Shown here: positions 1 through 11,560 of the stretch, in pieces
Layout: each line of letters starts with the position of its first letter
Position numbering within the stretch: the stretch's first letter is position 1
Assembly (NCBI RefSeq): GCF_001457595.1
Contig: NZ_LN831039.1
Location: 5,790,001-5,822,000 of the forward strand
Direction of reading: 5' to 3'
Length of the DNA: 32,000 bases
DNA from: Mycolicibacterium smegmatis
GTDB lineage: Bacteria > Actinomycetota > Actinomycetes > Mycobacteriales > Mycobacteriaceae
Notes under the pieces: generated by a model
The model's input: only the letters and a program-made list of their open reading frames with translations
What the model was told of the DNA's origin: nothing
Databases searched by the model: none
Translations under genes and position numbers: made by a program

Positions 1-64
1 GAATCGAGAAGTGACTTACTACCCGCCGCGGCCGCCAGGCGATCGCGGCGCGGAGCATCCCGGG

Positions 65-1663
65 ATGGCCAACTATCCCAGCGACGAGACGCACCGCAGG
101 CCGCGCAGGTCCTCGATGCCGAGCTCCAACCGCTGGCTCCCGCCACTGGACGAAGAGTCCCCTCGCGCTGAGCGCACGGGGTCCGCTCGCGGAGCCGGTC
201 CCACAGCTGAGCCGGGAGCCGGCGAGCGCGTCACCGTGACCCGCGCCGCCGCGGCACGCAGCCGCGAGATGGGCTCGCGCATGTACGGCCTGGTGCACCG
301 CGCCGCGACCGCCGACGGCGCCGACAAATCCGGGCTGACCGCGCTCACCTGGCCCGTGGTGGCCAACTTCGCCGTCGACGCCGCCATGGCCGTCGCCCTG
401 GCCAACACGCTGTTCTTCGCCGCGGCCAGCGGCGAGTCGAAGAGCCGCGTCGCGCTGTACCTGCTGATCACCATCGCGCCGTTCGCGGTGATCGCGCCGC
501 TCATCGGGCCCGCACTGGACCGCCTGCAGCACGGCCGCCGCGTCGCGCTGGCGGCGTCGTTCGCGCTGCGCACCGTGTTGATCGTGGTGCTGATCGCCAA
601 CTACGACGGCGCGACCGGCAACTTCCCGTCGTGGGTGCTCTACCCGTGTGCGCTGGGCATGATGGTGCTCTCCAAATCGTTCTCGGTGCTGCGCAGCGCG
701 GTGACGCCGCGTGTCCTGCCGCCGACCATCGACCTGGTGCGCGTCAACTCGCGGCTCACCACGTTCGGCCTGCTCGGCGGAACGGTCGCCGGTGGCGGTA
801 TCGCCGCGGGCGCCGAGTACCTGTTCGGCCTCGTGCACCTGCCCGGCGCGCTGTACGTGATCGTCGCGGTCAGCGTCGCCGGCGCGGTGCTGTCGATGCG
901 CATCCCCAAGTGGGTCGAGGTCACCGAGGGCGAGGTCCCCACGACGCTGAGCTACCACGGCGGCCCCGGGGAACTGCGCCGCCCGGAGCACCCCGACACG
1001 ACAGGTAAGCCCGACAAGCCGCAATCGGTACGCCAGCCCATGGGCCGCAACACGATCACCGCGCTTTGGGGCAACTGCACCATCAAGGTCATGGTCGGGT
1101 TCCTGTTCCTCTATCCCGCGTTCGTCGCCAAGTCGCACGACGCCAGCGGCTGGGAGCAACTGCTGATCCTCGGCATCATCGGCGCGGCCGCGGGCATCGG
1201 GAACTTTGCGGGCAACATGACCGCCGCACGGCTCAAGCTCGGCCACCCGGCGCAGATGGTCGTGCGTCTGGCGATCGTGGTCACCGTGTTCGCGCTGCTG
1301 GCCGCGTTGACCGGCAAGCTGCTGGTGGCCGCGCTCGCGACGCTGGTGACCTCGGGTGCCAGCGCGATCGCCAAGGCCTCACTCGACGCGTCGCTGCAGG
1401 ACGACCTTCCCGAGGCGTCGCGCGCCTCGGCGTTCGGGCGCTCCGAATCGGTGCTGCAGCTCGCGTGGGTGGCCGGCGGCGCCATCGGAGTGCTGATCTA
1501 CACAGACCTCTCAGTCGGGTTCACTACGATCACGGCCGTGCTGATACTCGGCCTGGCCCAGACCATCGTGAGCTACCGCGGCGAATCCCTCATCCCCGGC
1601 TTCGGCGGCAACCGCCCCGTGCTGGCGGAGCAGGAGGGGACGATGGCGTGGGGGGCCCGGTGA
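65..1663 (+). CDS. MFS-type multi-pass membrane transporter (Rv0876c-like)
   Basis: Long ORF 11..1663 with many hydrophobic helices and GLLGGTVAGGGIAAG / GIGNFAGNMTAARLKLG motifs. The start is ambiguous (ATG at 11, 65 or 116). Confidence 0.8.
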   Translation: MANYPSDETHRRPRRSSMPSSNRWLPPLDEESPRAERTGSARGAGPTAEPGAGERVTVTRAAAARSREMGSRMYGLVHRAATADGADKSGLTALTWPVVANFAVDAAMAVALANTLFFAAASGESKSRVALYLLITIAPFAVIAPLIGPALDRLQHGRRVALAASFALRTVLIVVLIANYDGATGNFPSWVLYPCALGMMVLSKSFSVLRSAVTPRVLPPTIDLVRVNSRLTTFGLLGGTVAGGGIAAGAEYLFGLVHLPGALYVIVAVSVAGAVLSMRIPKWVEVTEGEVPTTLSYHGGPGELRRPEHPDTTGKPDKPQSVRQPMGRNTITALWGNCTIKVMVGFLFLYPAFVAKSHDASGWEQLLILGIIGAAAGIGNFAGNMTAARLKLGHPAQMVVRLAIVVTVFALLAALTGKLLVAALATLVTSGASAIAKASLDASLQDDLPEASRASAFGRSESVLQLAWVAGGAIGVLIYTDLSVGFTTITAVLILGLAQTIVSYRGESLIPGFGGNRPVLAEQEGTMAWGAR

Positions 1664-2148
1664 AGCGCACCTTCGGGATCCTCGGGCTCGTCGTCGTCCT
1701 CGCGATCGCAGGCACCGGGATCGGTGTCTGGCGGCTGAGCAGCTCCCACGGCGAGAATCTGCCGCAGATCAGCGCCTACTCACACGGGCACACCGTGCGC
1801 ACCGGACCGTTCCAGTACTGCCCGGTGCTCGACCTCGACAACTGCCTCGACCCGCGCGAGGCGGCCGAACTGCGGGTCACCGAGAAGTACCCCGTGCAGC
1901 TTTCGGTGCCGTCGGCGATCGGACGGGCCCCATGGCGCCTGCTGCGGGTATACGAAAACCCCATCGACACAACGGTTTCGGTGTACCGCCCCAACACCAC
2001 GCTGGCGGTGACCATCCCGACCGTGGATCCGCAGCGCGGACGTCTGACCGGCCTCGCGGTGCAGTTGCTCACGCTCGTACGCGATCAGAACGGCGAGGAG
2101 TTCGCGCTGCCGCACGCCGAGTGGTCGATCAGCACCACCTGGTCGTGA
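1660..2148 (+). CDS. DUF2771-like exported or membrane-anchored conserved protein (Rv0875c-like)
   Basis: The GTG start overlaps the stop of the upstream gene (GTGA). The ORF begins VKRTFGILGLVVVLAIAGTG, an N-terminal signal or anchor helix, and ends ...HAEWSISTTWS. Confidence 0.7.
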   Translation: MKRTFGILGLVVVLAIAGTGIGVWRLSSSHGENLPQISAYSHGHTVRTGPFQYCPVLDLDNCLDPREAAELRVTEKYPVQLSVPSAIGRAPWRLLRVYENPIDTTVSVYRPNTTLAVTIPTVDPQRGRLTGLAVQLLTLVRDQNGEEFALPHAEWSISTTWS

Positions 2149-2158
2149 GCCCTGCGGG

Positions 2159-3184
2159 TCAGCCCGCGCCGTGACCGGCGGGCACCCGCTCACCGTCGCG
2201 CGTCGGGCCGGGTGGGGTGCCGTCACCGAAGGGCCTGCCGCCCAAGGCCTCCCGCCCGTGCGGCGTCAACCAGTTCGACAGGTCCGGGCCCTTCGGCACG
2301 ACCTGCGTGGGATTGATGTCGGAGTGCACCACGTAGTAGTGCGCCTTGATCTGCACGAAGTCGATGGTGTCGCCGAAACCCGGCGTCTGGAACAGATCGC
2401 GGGCATAGGCCCACAGCACATCCATCTCGCTGAGCTTGGACCGGTTGCACTTGAAGTGGCCGTGATAGACGGGGTCGAAGCGCGCGAGCGTGGTGAACAA
2501 CCGCACGTCGGCCTCGGTGATGGTGTCCCCCACCAGGTAACGCTGCGTCGCGAGGCGCTCGGTGAGCCAGTCCAGCGCGGTGAACAACCGGTCGTAGGCG
2601 CGCTCGTAGGCCTCCTGTGAACCCGCGAACCCGCAGCGGTACACACCGTTGTTGACCTCGGTGTAGATGCGTCGGGCGACCTCGTCGATCTCGTCGCGCA
2701 GCGGCTCGGGGTACAGGTCCGGCGCACCCTCGCGGTGATACGCCTTCCACTCGGTGGAGAAGTCCAGCGTCATCTGCGCGAAGTCGTTGGTGACCACCTC
2801 GCCCGTGGCGACCTCGACGATCGCGGGCACCGTGATGCCCTTGGAATAGTCGGGGAAGCGTTTGAGGTACGCGTCGCGCAACCGCGGGATCTTCAGCACC
2901 GGATCGACGCCGTCGGGGTCGAGGTCGAACGTCCAGCTGCGTTCGTCGTGCGTCGGCCCGCAGAACCCGATGGACAGCACGTCCTCGAGCCCCAGCAGGC
3001 GCCGCACGATGATCGTGCGGTTCGCCCACGGGCAGGCACGCGCCACGATCAGCCGGTACCGGCCCGGTTCGACGGGGTAACCGTCACGGCCGTCGGCGGT
3101 GATCCTGGTGGTGATGTACGCGGTGTCGCGGTTGAACTCGCCGCCCGAGGTCTTGTCGGCGACGTAGGTGCCCTGAGCCATCAC
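2159..3184 (-). CDS. GST-like / glutathionyl-hydroquinone reductase (Xi-class, YqjG/ECM4) family protein
   Basis: The ORF has an active-site CPWANR motif, the family motif DERSWTFD, and a C-terminal GST-like domain (RYLVGDTITEADVRLFTTLARFDPVYHGHFKCN). Confidence 0.85.
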   Translation of the reverse strand: MMAQGTYVADKTSGGEFNRDTAYITTRITADGRDGYPVEPGRYRLIVARACPWANRTIIVRRLLGLEDVLSIGFCGPTHDERSWTFDLDPDGVDPVLKIPRLRDAYLKRFPDYSKGITVPAIVEVATGEVVTNDFAQMTLDFSTEWKAYHREGAPDLYPEPLRDEIDEVARRIYTEVNNGVYRCGFAGSQEAYERAYDRLFTALDWLTERLATQRYLVGDTITEADVRLFTTLARFDPVYHGHFKCNRSKLSEMDVLWAYARDLFQTPGFGDTIDFVQIKAHYYVVHSDINPTQVVPKGPDLSNWLTPHGREALGGRPFGDGTPPGPTRDGERVPAGHGAG

Positions 3185-3229
3185 TCCATCTTGGCCTCAG
3201 GGCGCCGGTCGCGCCCGGGACTCGGACGA

Positions 3230-3640
3230 TCAAGCGTCGAGTTCGCGCGCGACGGCCCGGACGACCTCCGAAACGCGGCGGGCGACCTTGCGGTCGGGGT
3301 AGCGCCCCTTGCGCAGCTCCGGCTGCACCGCGCTCTCCAGCAGCGTGATCATGTCCTCGACCATGCCGTGCAGTTCGTCGGGGGTGTGCTTGTGCTCGGG
3401 ACGCTCGGCCTCACGGCGCGCCCGCGACAGGCTGGGCGGCGGGTCGATGAGCTTGAGGCTCAGCGCCTGCGGGCCGCGACGGCCCGCGGCGACGCCGAAC
3501 TCGACGCGCTGCCCGGACTTGAGCGCCTCGACACCGGCAGGCAGCGCCGAGGACCGGACGTACACGTCCTCGCCGTCCTCTTGCGACAGAAAGCCGAAGC
3601 CCTTTTCGGCGTCGTACCACTTAACCTTGCCGGTCGGCAC
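3230..3640 (-). CDS. cspB: Cold-shock domain protein with C-terminal extension (CspB-like)
   Basis: The ORF from the GTG at 3640 reads [33 protein letters not shown], a CSD with RNP-like motifs, followed by a charged helical tail of about 70 aa. Confidence 0.85.
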   Translation of the reverse strand: MPTGKVKWYDAEKGFGFLSQEDGEDVYVRSSALPAGVEALKSGQRVEFGVAAGRRGPQALSLKLIDPPPSLSRARREAERPEHKHTPDELHGMVEDMITLLESAVQPELRKGRYPDRKVARRVSEVVRAVARELDA

Positions 3641-3802
3641 TGTCCTCACCCGCTCGTCGTTGTCGGCCAACAAAAACACACAAAGTTCGCGTCCCGTCTG
3701 CGCCGGGACGCGATGACGTGATCCTACTCGGATCAGATCTGGGCCTTCACCCTGAATACTCGGTAGGCTTGCAGCACCGCCCAAGGAGAAGATGCCCCAG
3801 AT

Positions 3803-4213
3803 ATGCGAGTGCTACTTAATATCATCTGGTTGATCTTCGGCGGGCTGTGGCTGGCGCTGGGTTACCTGCTGGCCGCACTGATCTGCTTCATCCTCATCGT
3901 CACGATCCCGTTCGGCTTCGCGTCGCTGCGCATCGCGTCATATGCGCTGTGGCCGTTCGGCCGGACCATCGTCGAAAAGCCGGGACCCCGGCCCGGCGCC
4001 CTGGTGGGCAATGTCATCTGGGTGATCCTGTTCGGCATCTGGCTGGCGATCGGACACGTCGCCAGCGCCATCGCGATGGCGATCACGATCATCGGGATCC
4101 CGCTGGCCCTGGCCAATCTCAAGATGATCCCGGTGTCGCTGGTACCGCTGGGCAAGGAGATCGTGCCGGTGGACCAGTTCAACAACCTCAACACGGAGCG
4201 GGTGATCACATGA
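3803..4213 (+). CDS. YccF domain inner-membrane protein
   Basis: 136 aa with duplicated motifs [49 protein letters not shown] and [39 protein letters not shown]. Confidence 0.85.
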   Translation: MRVLLNIIWLIFGGLWLALGYLLAALICFILIVTIPFGFASLRIASYALWPFGRTIVEKPGPRPGALVGNVIWVILFGIWLAIGHVASAIAMAITIIGIPLALANLKMIPVSLVPLGKEIVPVDQFNNLNTERVIT

Positions 4214-5295
4214 CCGTCACGGCGCTCGGCCTACCCACCGTCGCCCGGTCCACGGGCGACGGTTCTGCTGGGGCCTCCCCTGCGCCCGCCGACGGCCCCC
4301 TGGTCGACAAATACGGACGTGCCGCGACCGACCTGCGCGTGTCGCTGACCGACCGCTGCAATCTGCGCTGCACCTATTGCATGCCTGCCGAGGGCCTCAA
4401 CTGGCTTCCCGGTGACGCGCTGCTGAGCCCCACCGAACTGGCCCGTCTGCTGCGCATCGCGGTGACCCGGCTCCGCATCACCAGCGTGCGGTTCACCGGC
4501 GGTGAGCCGTTGGTGGTGCGTCACCTCGAAGAGGTCGTCGCGGCGGCCGCCGCACTTGAGCCCCGCCCGGAGATCACGCTGACCACCAACGGCCTCGGCC
4601 TGGCCCGTCGTGCAGAGGGGCTCAAGAAGGCCGGCCTCAACCGCATCAACGTGTCATTGGACAGCGTCGACGCCGCGCACTTCGCACGCATCACCCGCCG
4701 CGATCGCCTGCCCGACGTGCTGGCCGGGCTGGCGGCCGCGAAGGCGGCCGGGCTCGAGCCCGTGAAGGTCAACGCGGTCCTCGATCCCGTGTCGGGCCTC
4801 GACGACGCCGTGGAGCTGCTGCGGTACTGCCTGCAGCACGGATATCAGCTGCGGATCATCGAGCAGATGCCGCTCGACGCGAGCCACAGCTGGCAGCGCG
4901 ACAACGTCATCGACGCCGACCGGATCCTGCAGACCCTGCAACAGCACTTCGAGCTGACCCCGGATTCGCGTCCGCGCGGGTCGGCGCCCGCCGAGCTGTG
5001 GCAGGTGGCCGAGGGACCCACGCACGCCGCGGGCACGGTCGGGGTCATCGCGTCGGTGTCGCATGCCTTCTGTTCGGCCTGTGACCGCACGCGGCTGACC
5101 GCGGACGGTCAGATCCGCAGCTGCCTGTTCTCGCGCGAGGAGACCGATCTGCGGCACCTGCTGCGCGGCGGTGCCGACGACGCCGAGATCGAGGCCGCGT
5201 GGCGCGCGGCGATGTGGAGCAAGCCCGCCGGACACGGCATCAACGATCCTGATTTCGTGCAGCCGGTCCGGCCCATGAGTGCGATCGGTGGATAG
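4210..5295 (+). CDS. moaA: GTP 3',8-cyclase MoaA (radical SAM)
   Basis: The ATG at 4210 overlaps the upstream stop. DRCNLRCTYCMPAEG is the radical SAM CxxxCxxC motif, and FCSACDRTRLTADGQIRSCLF is the C-terminal Fe-S cluster. Confidence 0.95.
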   Translation: MTVTALGLPTVARSTGDGSAGASPAPADGPLVDKYGRAATDLRVSLTDRCNLRCTYCMPAEGLNWLPGDALLSPTELARLLRIAVTRLRITSVRFTGGEPLVVRHLEEVVAAAAALEPRPEITLTTNGLGLARRAEGLKKAGLNRINVSLDSVDAAHFARITRRDRLPDVLAGLAAAKAAGLEPVKVNAVLDPVSGLDDAVELLRYCLQHGYQLRIIEQMPLDASHSWQRDNVIDADRILQTLQQHFELTPDSRPRGSAPAELWQVAEGPTHAAGTVGVIASVSHAFCSACDRTRLTADGQIRSCLFSREETDLRHLLRGGADDAEIEAAWRAAMWSKPAGHGINDPDFVQPVRPMSAIGG

Positions 5296-5562
5296 ATGAC
5301 GACAGCGACGACAGTTCGGGTGACGGTCCGCTATTTCGCGGCCGCGGCGGCCGCGGCGGGAATCGAGACCGAATCGTTGGAAATCGCGACGGGGACCTCC
5401 GTCGCCGAGCTCGTCGAGCGGCTCGGCGCGCGCAACCCCGAGCTCGCGCGGGTGCTCAAGCGCTGCTCATACCTGTGCGACGAGGTCGCGGTGCGCGATA
5501 TGGCCAAGCTATTGGTAACGCCGCAAACCGTTGACGTGTTACCACCTTTCGCCGGCGGATAA
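5296..5562 (+). CDS. moaD: Molybdopterin synthase small subunit MoaD
   Basis: 88 aa beta-grasp protein ending VDVLPPFAGG, a MoaD/ThiS C-terminal GG. It starts directly after the moaA stop. Confidence 0.9.
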   Translation: MTTATTVRVTVRYFAAAAAAAGIETESLEIATGTSVAELVERLGARNPELARVLKRCSYLCDEVAVRDMAKLLVTPQTVDVLPPFAGG

Positions 5563-5563
5563 C

Positions 5564-5577
5564 GTGAGATACGTCAC
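5564..5577. promoter_or_regulatory. Candidate CRP/FNR-family binding site (GTGA-N6-TCAC)
   Basis: Sequence GTGAgatacgTCAC starts 2 nt after the moaD stop codon, upstream of rpfA. M. tuberculosis rpfA is a known target of the CRP protein Rv3676. Confidence 0.6.
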
Positions 5578-5786
5578 ATCACGGATTGGTAACGAGCTGG
5601 CTGTGTCGCGCTGAGGCGCTTTGTTTTCCTGCGAGAACACTTCGGCAACCTGCACCTTTAACGCTCTTTTAAGTTTTGCCGGGACCTGAAACGCCGTGCG
5701 GCGCAAAAGATGACTCTGCTGCACCTACCCGTTACCGTTCATTCCCAAGTCAGCCGACCTTTATCGGTTGACCTGCCTCCGCCGGT

Positions 5787-7457
<1,671 letters not shown>

Positions 7458-7466
<9 letters not shown>

Positions 7467-7481
7467 GCCGGCTCAGGCCGG
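7458..7481. terminator. 24-bp perfect palindrome between convergent rpfA and moaE; candidate bidirectional terminator without U tract
   Basis: The sequence ccggcctgagccggctcaggccgg is its own reverse complement. Confidence 0.5.
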
Positions 7482-7483
7482 TT

Positions 7484-7912
7484 CTAGGCGGAGTTGACCC
7501 ACTCGTCGGTTCCGTCGGCGAAGTGCTGGTGCTTCCACACCGGCAGCCGCTCCTTGACGACGTCGACGAGACGGGCACAGGTTTCGAACGCCGCCCTGCG
7601 ATGGGGCGCTGCGACAGCGGCCACCAGGGCGGCGTCACCTATCTTCAGGGGGCCGATGCGGTGGCTCACCGCGATCGCCCGCACCCCGTCGGACTGCGCC
7701 GCGATCTCCGCGGCGACCTCTTCGAGCGTGCGCTGCGCCGTGGGGTGGGCCGAGTACTCGAGTCGCAGAACCGAACGGCCGCCGTCGTGATCGCGCACGA
7801 CACCGGCGAATCCGACGACCGCCCCAGCGGCCTCGTGCGCGACGAGCGCCTCGTACTCGGTCAGCGAGATCGGGTCCTCGGTGAGCTCGACCCGGACGAT
7901 TTCAGCGCTCAT
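7484..7912 (-). CDS. moaE: Molybdopterin synthase large subunit MoaE
   Basis: 142 aa with [54 protein letters not shown] and [15 protein letters not shown] motifs. Confidence 0.95.
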   Translation of the reverse strand: MSAEIVRVELTEDPISLTEYEALVAHEAAGAVVGFAGVVRDHDGGRSVLRLEYSAHPTAQRTLEEVAAEIAAQSDGVRAIAVSHRIGPLKIGDAALVAAVAAPHRRAAFETCARLVDVVKERLPVWKHQHFADGTDEWVNSA

Positions 7913-7948
7913 CGCAACAGTCTCCTCGTCGCGTGGGCGCCTGTGCGC

Positions 7949-8446
7949 TCAACGCGTATGGTCATGGCCGCCAAGCTGATCGAGCGCGTGCTCCAGCACG
8001 TGGTCGAGAACGCCGAGGCCGTCTTTCACCCCGCCGGGAGAACCCGGGAGGTTCACGATCAGTGTGCGTCCGGAAACGCCGCACACGCCGCGCGAGAGAA
8101 TCGATGTGGGCACCTTGGGCAACCCGGACCGCCGGATGGCGTCAGCGAGACCGGGAACCTCGTAATCGAGCACGGCCCGCGTGGCCTCGGGGGTGGCGTC
8201 GGTCGGTGAGATACCGGTCCCGCCCGAGGTGATGATGAGGTCGACGTTCTCGGACAGCGCGGCACGCAGCGCCCCGGCCACGGCGTCGCCGTCGGGAACC
8301 ACCATCTGCTCGGTGACGTCGTAGCCGCGCTTGGCCAGCCATTCCACGATGAGCGGACCGGTCCGGTCGTCGTAGACGCCTGCCGCTGCCCGGGTCGAGG
8401 CGATGACCACCCGGGCCGAACGCGTCACTCCGCTGGTTTTTCCCAC
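7949..8446 (-). CDS. mog: MogA/MoaB family molybdenum cofactor biosynthesis protein
   Basis: The ORF contains DLIITSGGTGISPTD and LPGSPGGVKDGL, the MoCF-binding domain motifs. Confidence 0.9.
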   Translation of the reverse strand: MGKTSGVTRSARVVIASTRAAAGVYDDRTGPLIVEWLAKRGYDVTEQMVVPDGDAVAGALRAALSENVDLIITSGGTGISPTDATPEATRAVLDYEVPGLADAIRRSGLPKVPTSILSRGVCGVSGRTLIVNLPGSPGGVKDGLGVLDHVLEHALDQLGGHDHTR

Positions 8447-8898
8447 AACCCCGTTTTACCGCCTTCTTTCCGCACCACGTGGATGTTGTCGATACGTGCT
8501 GCGGGATCGACGGCCTTGATCATGTCGTAGAGCGTCAGCGCGGCCACGCCGACCGCGGTGAGCGCCTCCATCTCGACACCCGTGCGGTCGGTGCTGCGCA
8601 CCGTGGCGGTGATCCCCACGGCGTCGTCGCGCACGTCGAAGTCGACGTCGACACCGGTCAGTGCCAACTGGTGGCACAGCGGGATCAGGTCGGGTGTCCG
8701 TTTGGCCGCCAGGATGCCTGCCACCCGCGCGGTGGCCAGGGCGTCACCTTTGGGCAGTCCACCGGAGGCGATGAGCGCCACGACGTCCGGCCGCGTCAGC
8801 AGGGTCCCCGCGGCGACCGCGGTGCGTTTGGTGACGTCCTTGTTGGTGACGTCGACCATGTGCGCCGCGCCGGATTCGTCGAGGTGCGACAGTTCCAC
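8425..8898 (-). CDS. moaC: Cyclic pyranopterin monophosphate synthase MoaC
   Basis: The ORF contains MVDVTNKDVTKRTAVAAG, KRTPDLIPLCHQLALTGVDVDF, TGVEMEALTAVGVAALTLYDMIKA and VRKEGGKTGLW motifs. Confidence 0.95.
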   Translation of the reverse strand: MELSHLDESGAAHMVDVTNKDVTKRTAVAAGTLLTRPDVVALIASGGLPKGDALATARVAGILAAKRTPDLIPLCHQLALTGVDVDFDVRDDAVGITATVRSTDRTGVEMEALTAVGVAALTLYDMIKAVDPAARIDNIHVVRKEGGKTGLWEKPAE

Positions 8899-8900
8899 CG

Positions 8901-9140
<240 letters not shown>

Positions 9141-9156
9141 TTACGCTGGTCAGGAT

Positions 9157-11412
9157 ATGACCGCACAGACTCCGGGGACGCCGCTTGGCGCCTGGCTGGC
9201 CGACCTCGACGATCGGGGTCTCATCCGCCTACTGGAGCTGCGACCGGACCTGAGCCAGCCGCCACCAGGCACGATCGCGGCGCTGGCGGCCCGCGCCACC
9301 TCCCGCCAGTCGGTCAAGGCCGCCACCGACGGCCTGGACTTCCTGCGCCTGGCGGTGCTCGACGCTCTGCTCGTACTGCACGCCGACACCGCCGCGGTCC
9401 CGGTCGAGAAGGTCACCGACATGCTGGGCGACCGCGTCGAGACCGCGGTGGTGCTCGCCGCCGTCGACGACCTGCGCGAGCGTGCGCTGGTGTGGGGCGA
9501 GGCGACACTGCGGATCGCACCCGAGGTGGCCTCGGGTCTGCCGTGGTACGCCGGGCAGGCCGTCCTGGAGCCCACCGACCTGACCGCCGAGGACATCGCC
9601 GCGCGGGTCGACGCGCTCGACGAGGCCCCGCGTGAGCTGCTCGCGCGGCTCCTGGAGGGCTCACCCATGGGCCGCACGCGCGACGCCGCGCCCGACTCCC
9701 CGCCCGACCGCCCCGTGCCGCGACTCCTGGCGGCCGGGCTGCTGCGCCGCATCGACGACGACACCGTGATCCTGCCGCGCCTGGTGGGGCAGGCCCTGCG
9801 CGGCGAGGTGCCCGGTCCGCGCGAGCTCACCAAACCCGAACTGGCCGTGACCACCACGACCGTCGCCGACGTCGACGCCGTCGCGGCGGGTGCCGCCATC
9901 GACCTGATGCGCGAGGTCGACCTCATCATCGAGACGCTGGGCGCCGCGCCGGTTCCCGAGCTGCGCGCAGGCGGGATGGGTGTGCGCGACGTCAAGCGGC
10001 TGGCCAAGAACACCGGCATCGACGAGCCCCGGCTGGGGCTGCTGGTCGAGCTCGCCGCGGCCGCCGGGCTGATCGCCTCCGGCATGCCCGACCCCGATCC
10101 GGGTGACGGCACCGGCCCGTACTGGGCGCCGACGGTGGCCGCCGACCGGTTCCTCGAATCGCCCACGGCGGTGCGCTGGCATCTGCTGGCCACCACGTGG
10201 CTCGACCTGCCTGCCCGCCCCGCGCTCATCGGCACCCGCGGCCCGGACGGGAAACCTTTTGGTGCGCTGTCGGATTCGCTGTACTCGACGGCCGCGCCGC
10301 TGGACCGGCGCCTGCTGCTGACGGTGCTGGCCGACCTCGCGCCCGGCTCTGGCGTCTCCGCCGAGGACGCGTCGCGCGCGATGATCTGGCAGCGGCCGCG
10401 CTGGGCGGTGCGCCTGCAACCCGCGACGGTCAGCGACCTGTTCGCCGAGGCCCATGCGCTGGGCATGGCCGGACGCGGCGCGATCAGCACGCCGGCGCGC
10501 CGTCTGCTGGCCGGCGACGCCGACGAGGACGTGTTGGCCGCGATGAACAAGGCGCTGCCCAAACCGCTCGACCATTTCCTGCTGCAGGCCGACCTGACCG
10601 TCGTCGTGCCAGGACCGCTGGAACGGGACCTCGCCGAGGAACTCGCACAGGTCGCGACGGTCGAATCGGCTGGGGCGGCCATGGTGTACCGGATCAGCGA
10701 GGCATCGGTGCGCCACGCACTCGACGCCGGGCGCACCGCGGGCGAGTTGCACGCGTTCTTCGAGAAGCACTCGAAAACCCCTGTCCCGCAAGGTTTGACA
10801 TACCTGATCGATGATGTGGCGCGTCGGCACGGGCAGCTGCGGGTCGGGATGGCGTCGTCGTTCGTGCGGTGCGAGGACCCGGCGCTGCTCGCACAGGCCG
10901 TCGCGAGCCCGATCGTCGCGCGTCTCGAGCTGCGGACCCTCGCGCCCACCGTCGCGGTGTCGCAGGCGCCGATCGCCGACGTGCTGGGCGCGCTGCGCGA
11001 GGCCGGTTTCGCCCCGGCCGCCGAGGACTCGACCGGTGCCGTCGTCGACATCCGCGCCCGCGGTGCGCGCGTCGTCGCACCGTCGCGCCGTCGCGTGTAC
11101 CGCCCGTCGTCACCCCCCACCCCGCAGACCCTCGCCGCGGTGGTCGCCGTGCTACGCAAGGTGGCCGCGGGACCGTTCTCCAGCATCCGCCTGGACCCGG
11201 CAACCGCGATCACGCAACTGCAGGAGGCCGCGATCGCCCAGACGTCGGTTGTGATCGGTTACGTCGACCCGGCCGGCGTGGCGACCCAGCGCGTGGTGTC
11301 GCCGATCAACGTGCGCGGCGGGCAACTCACCGCATTTGACCCGGCGGCCGGGCGGGTGCGCGAATTCGCGATCCACCGCGTCACGTCGGTGGTCTCGGCC
11401 GACAGTGACTGA
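9157..11412 (+). CDS. Helicase-associated / XPB-Ssl2-like conserved protein (Rv0862c-like)
   Basis: The long ORF's most likely start is the ATG at 9157 (MTAQTPGTPLGAWLADLDDRGLIRLLELRPDL). The C-terminal part (FLLQADLTVVVPGPLERDLAEELAQVATVESAGAAMVYRISEASVRHALDAG) matches the helicase C-terminal type-3 domain. Confidence 0.8.
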   Translation: MTAQTPGTPLGAWLADLDDRGLIRLLELRPDLSQPPPGTIAALAARATSRQSVKAATDGLDFLRLAVLDALLVLHADTAAVPVEKVTDMLGDRVETAVVLAAVDDLRERALVWGEATLRIAPEVASGLPWYAGQAVLEPTDLTAEDIAARVDALDEAPRELLARLLEGSPMGRTRDAAPDSPPDRPVPRLLAAGLLRRIDDDTVILPRLVGQALRGEVPGPRELTKPELAVTTTTVADVDAVAAGAAIDLMREVDLIIETLGAAPVPELRAGGMGVRDVKRLAKNTGIDEPRLGLLVELAAAAGLIASGMPDPDPGDGTGPYWAPTVAADRFLESPTAVRWHLLATTWLDLPARPALIGTRGPDGKPFGALSDSLYSTAAPLDRRLLLTVLADLAPGSGVSAEDASRAMIWQRPRWAVRLQPATVSDLFAEAHALGMAGRGAISTPARRLLAGDADEDVLAAMNKALPKPLDHFLLQADLTVVVPGPLERDLAEELAQVATVESAGAAMVYRISEASVRHALDAGRTAGELHAFFEKHSKTPVPQGLTYLIDDVARRHGQLRVGMASSFVRCEDPALLAQAVASPIVARLELRTLAPTVAVSQAPIADVLGALREAGFAPAAEDSTGAVVDIRARGARVVAPSRRRVYRPSSPPTPQTLAAVVAVLRKVAAGPFSSIRLDPATAITQLQEAAIAQTSVVIGYVDPAGVATQRVVSPINVRGGQLTAFDPAAGRVREFAIHRVTSVVSADSD

Positions 11413-11560
11413 TCCGTTGAGATTGCCGTGAGGGACATCCTGAGCTGCGTTTTTGTCCCTCAGTGCAATCTCGGCGCCCAGCGCCCGCCGGACGGTATGT
11501 CAGCGGGTTCGGAATAATGGACAGGATGAGTTCCCAGCCGAGCAGCGGAGTGGTCAGCGC

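Noticed and set aside
9150-11213. 687-aa minus-strand ORF opposite the helicase-associated gene
   Set aside because: The product is Ser/Arg/Thr-rich antisense translation with no recognisable motif. The + strand ORF matches a known family.
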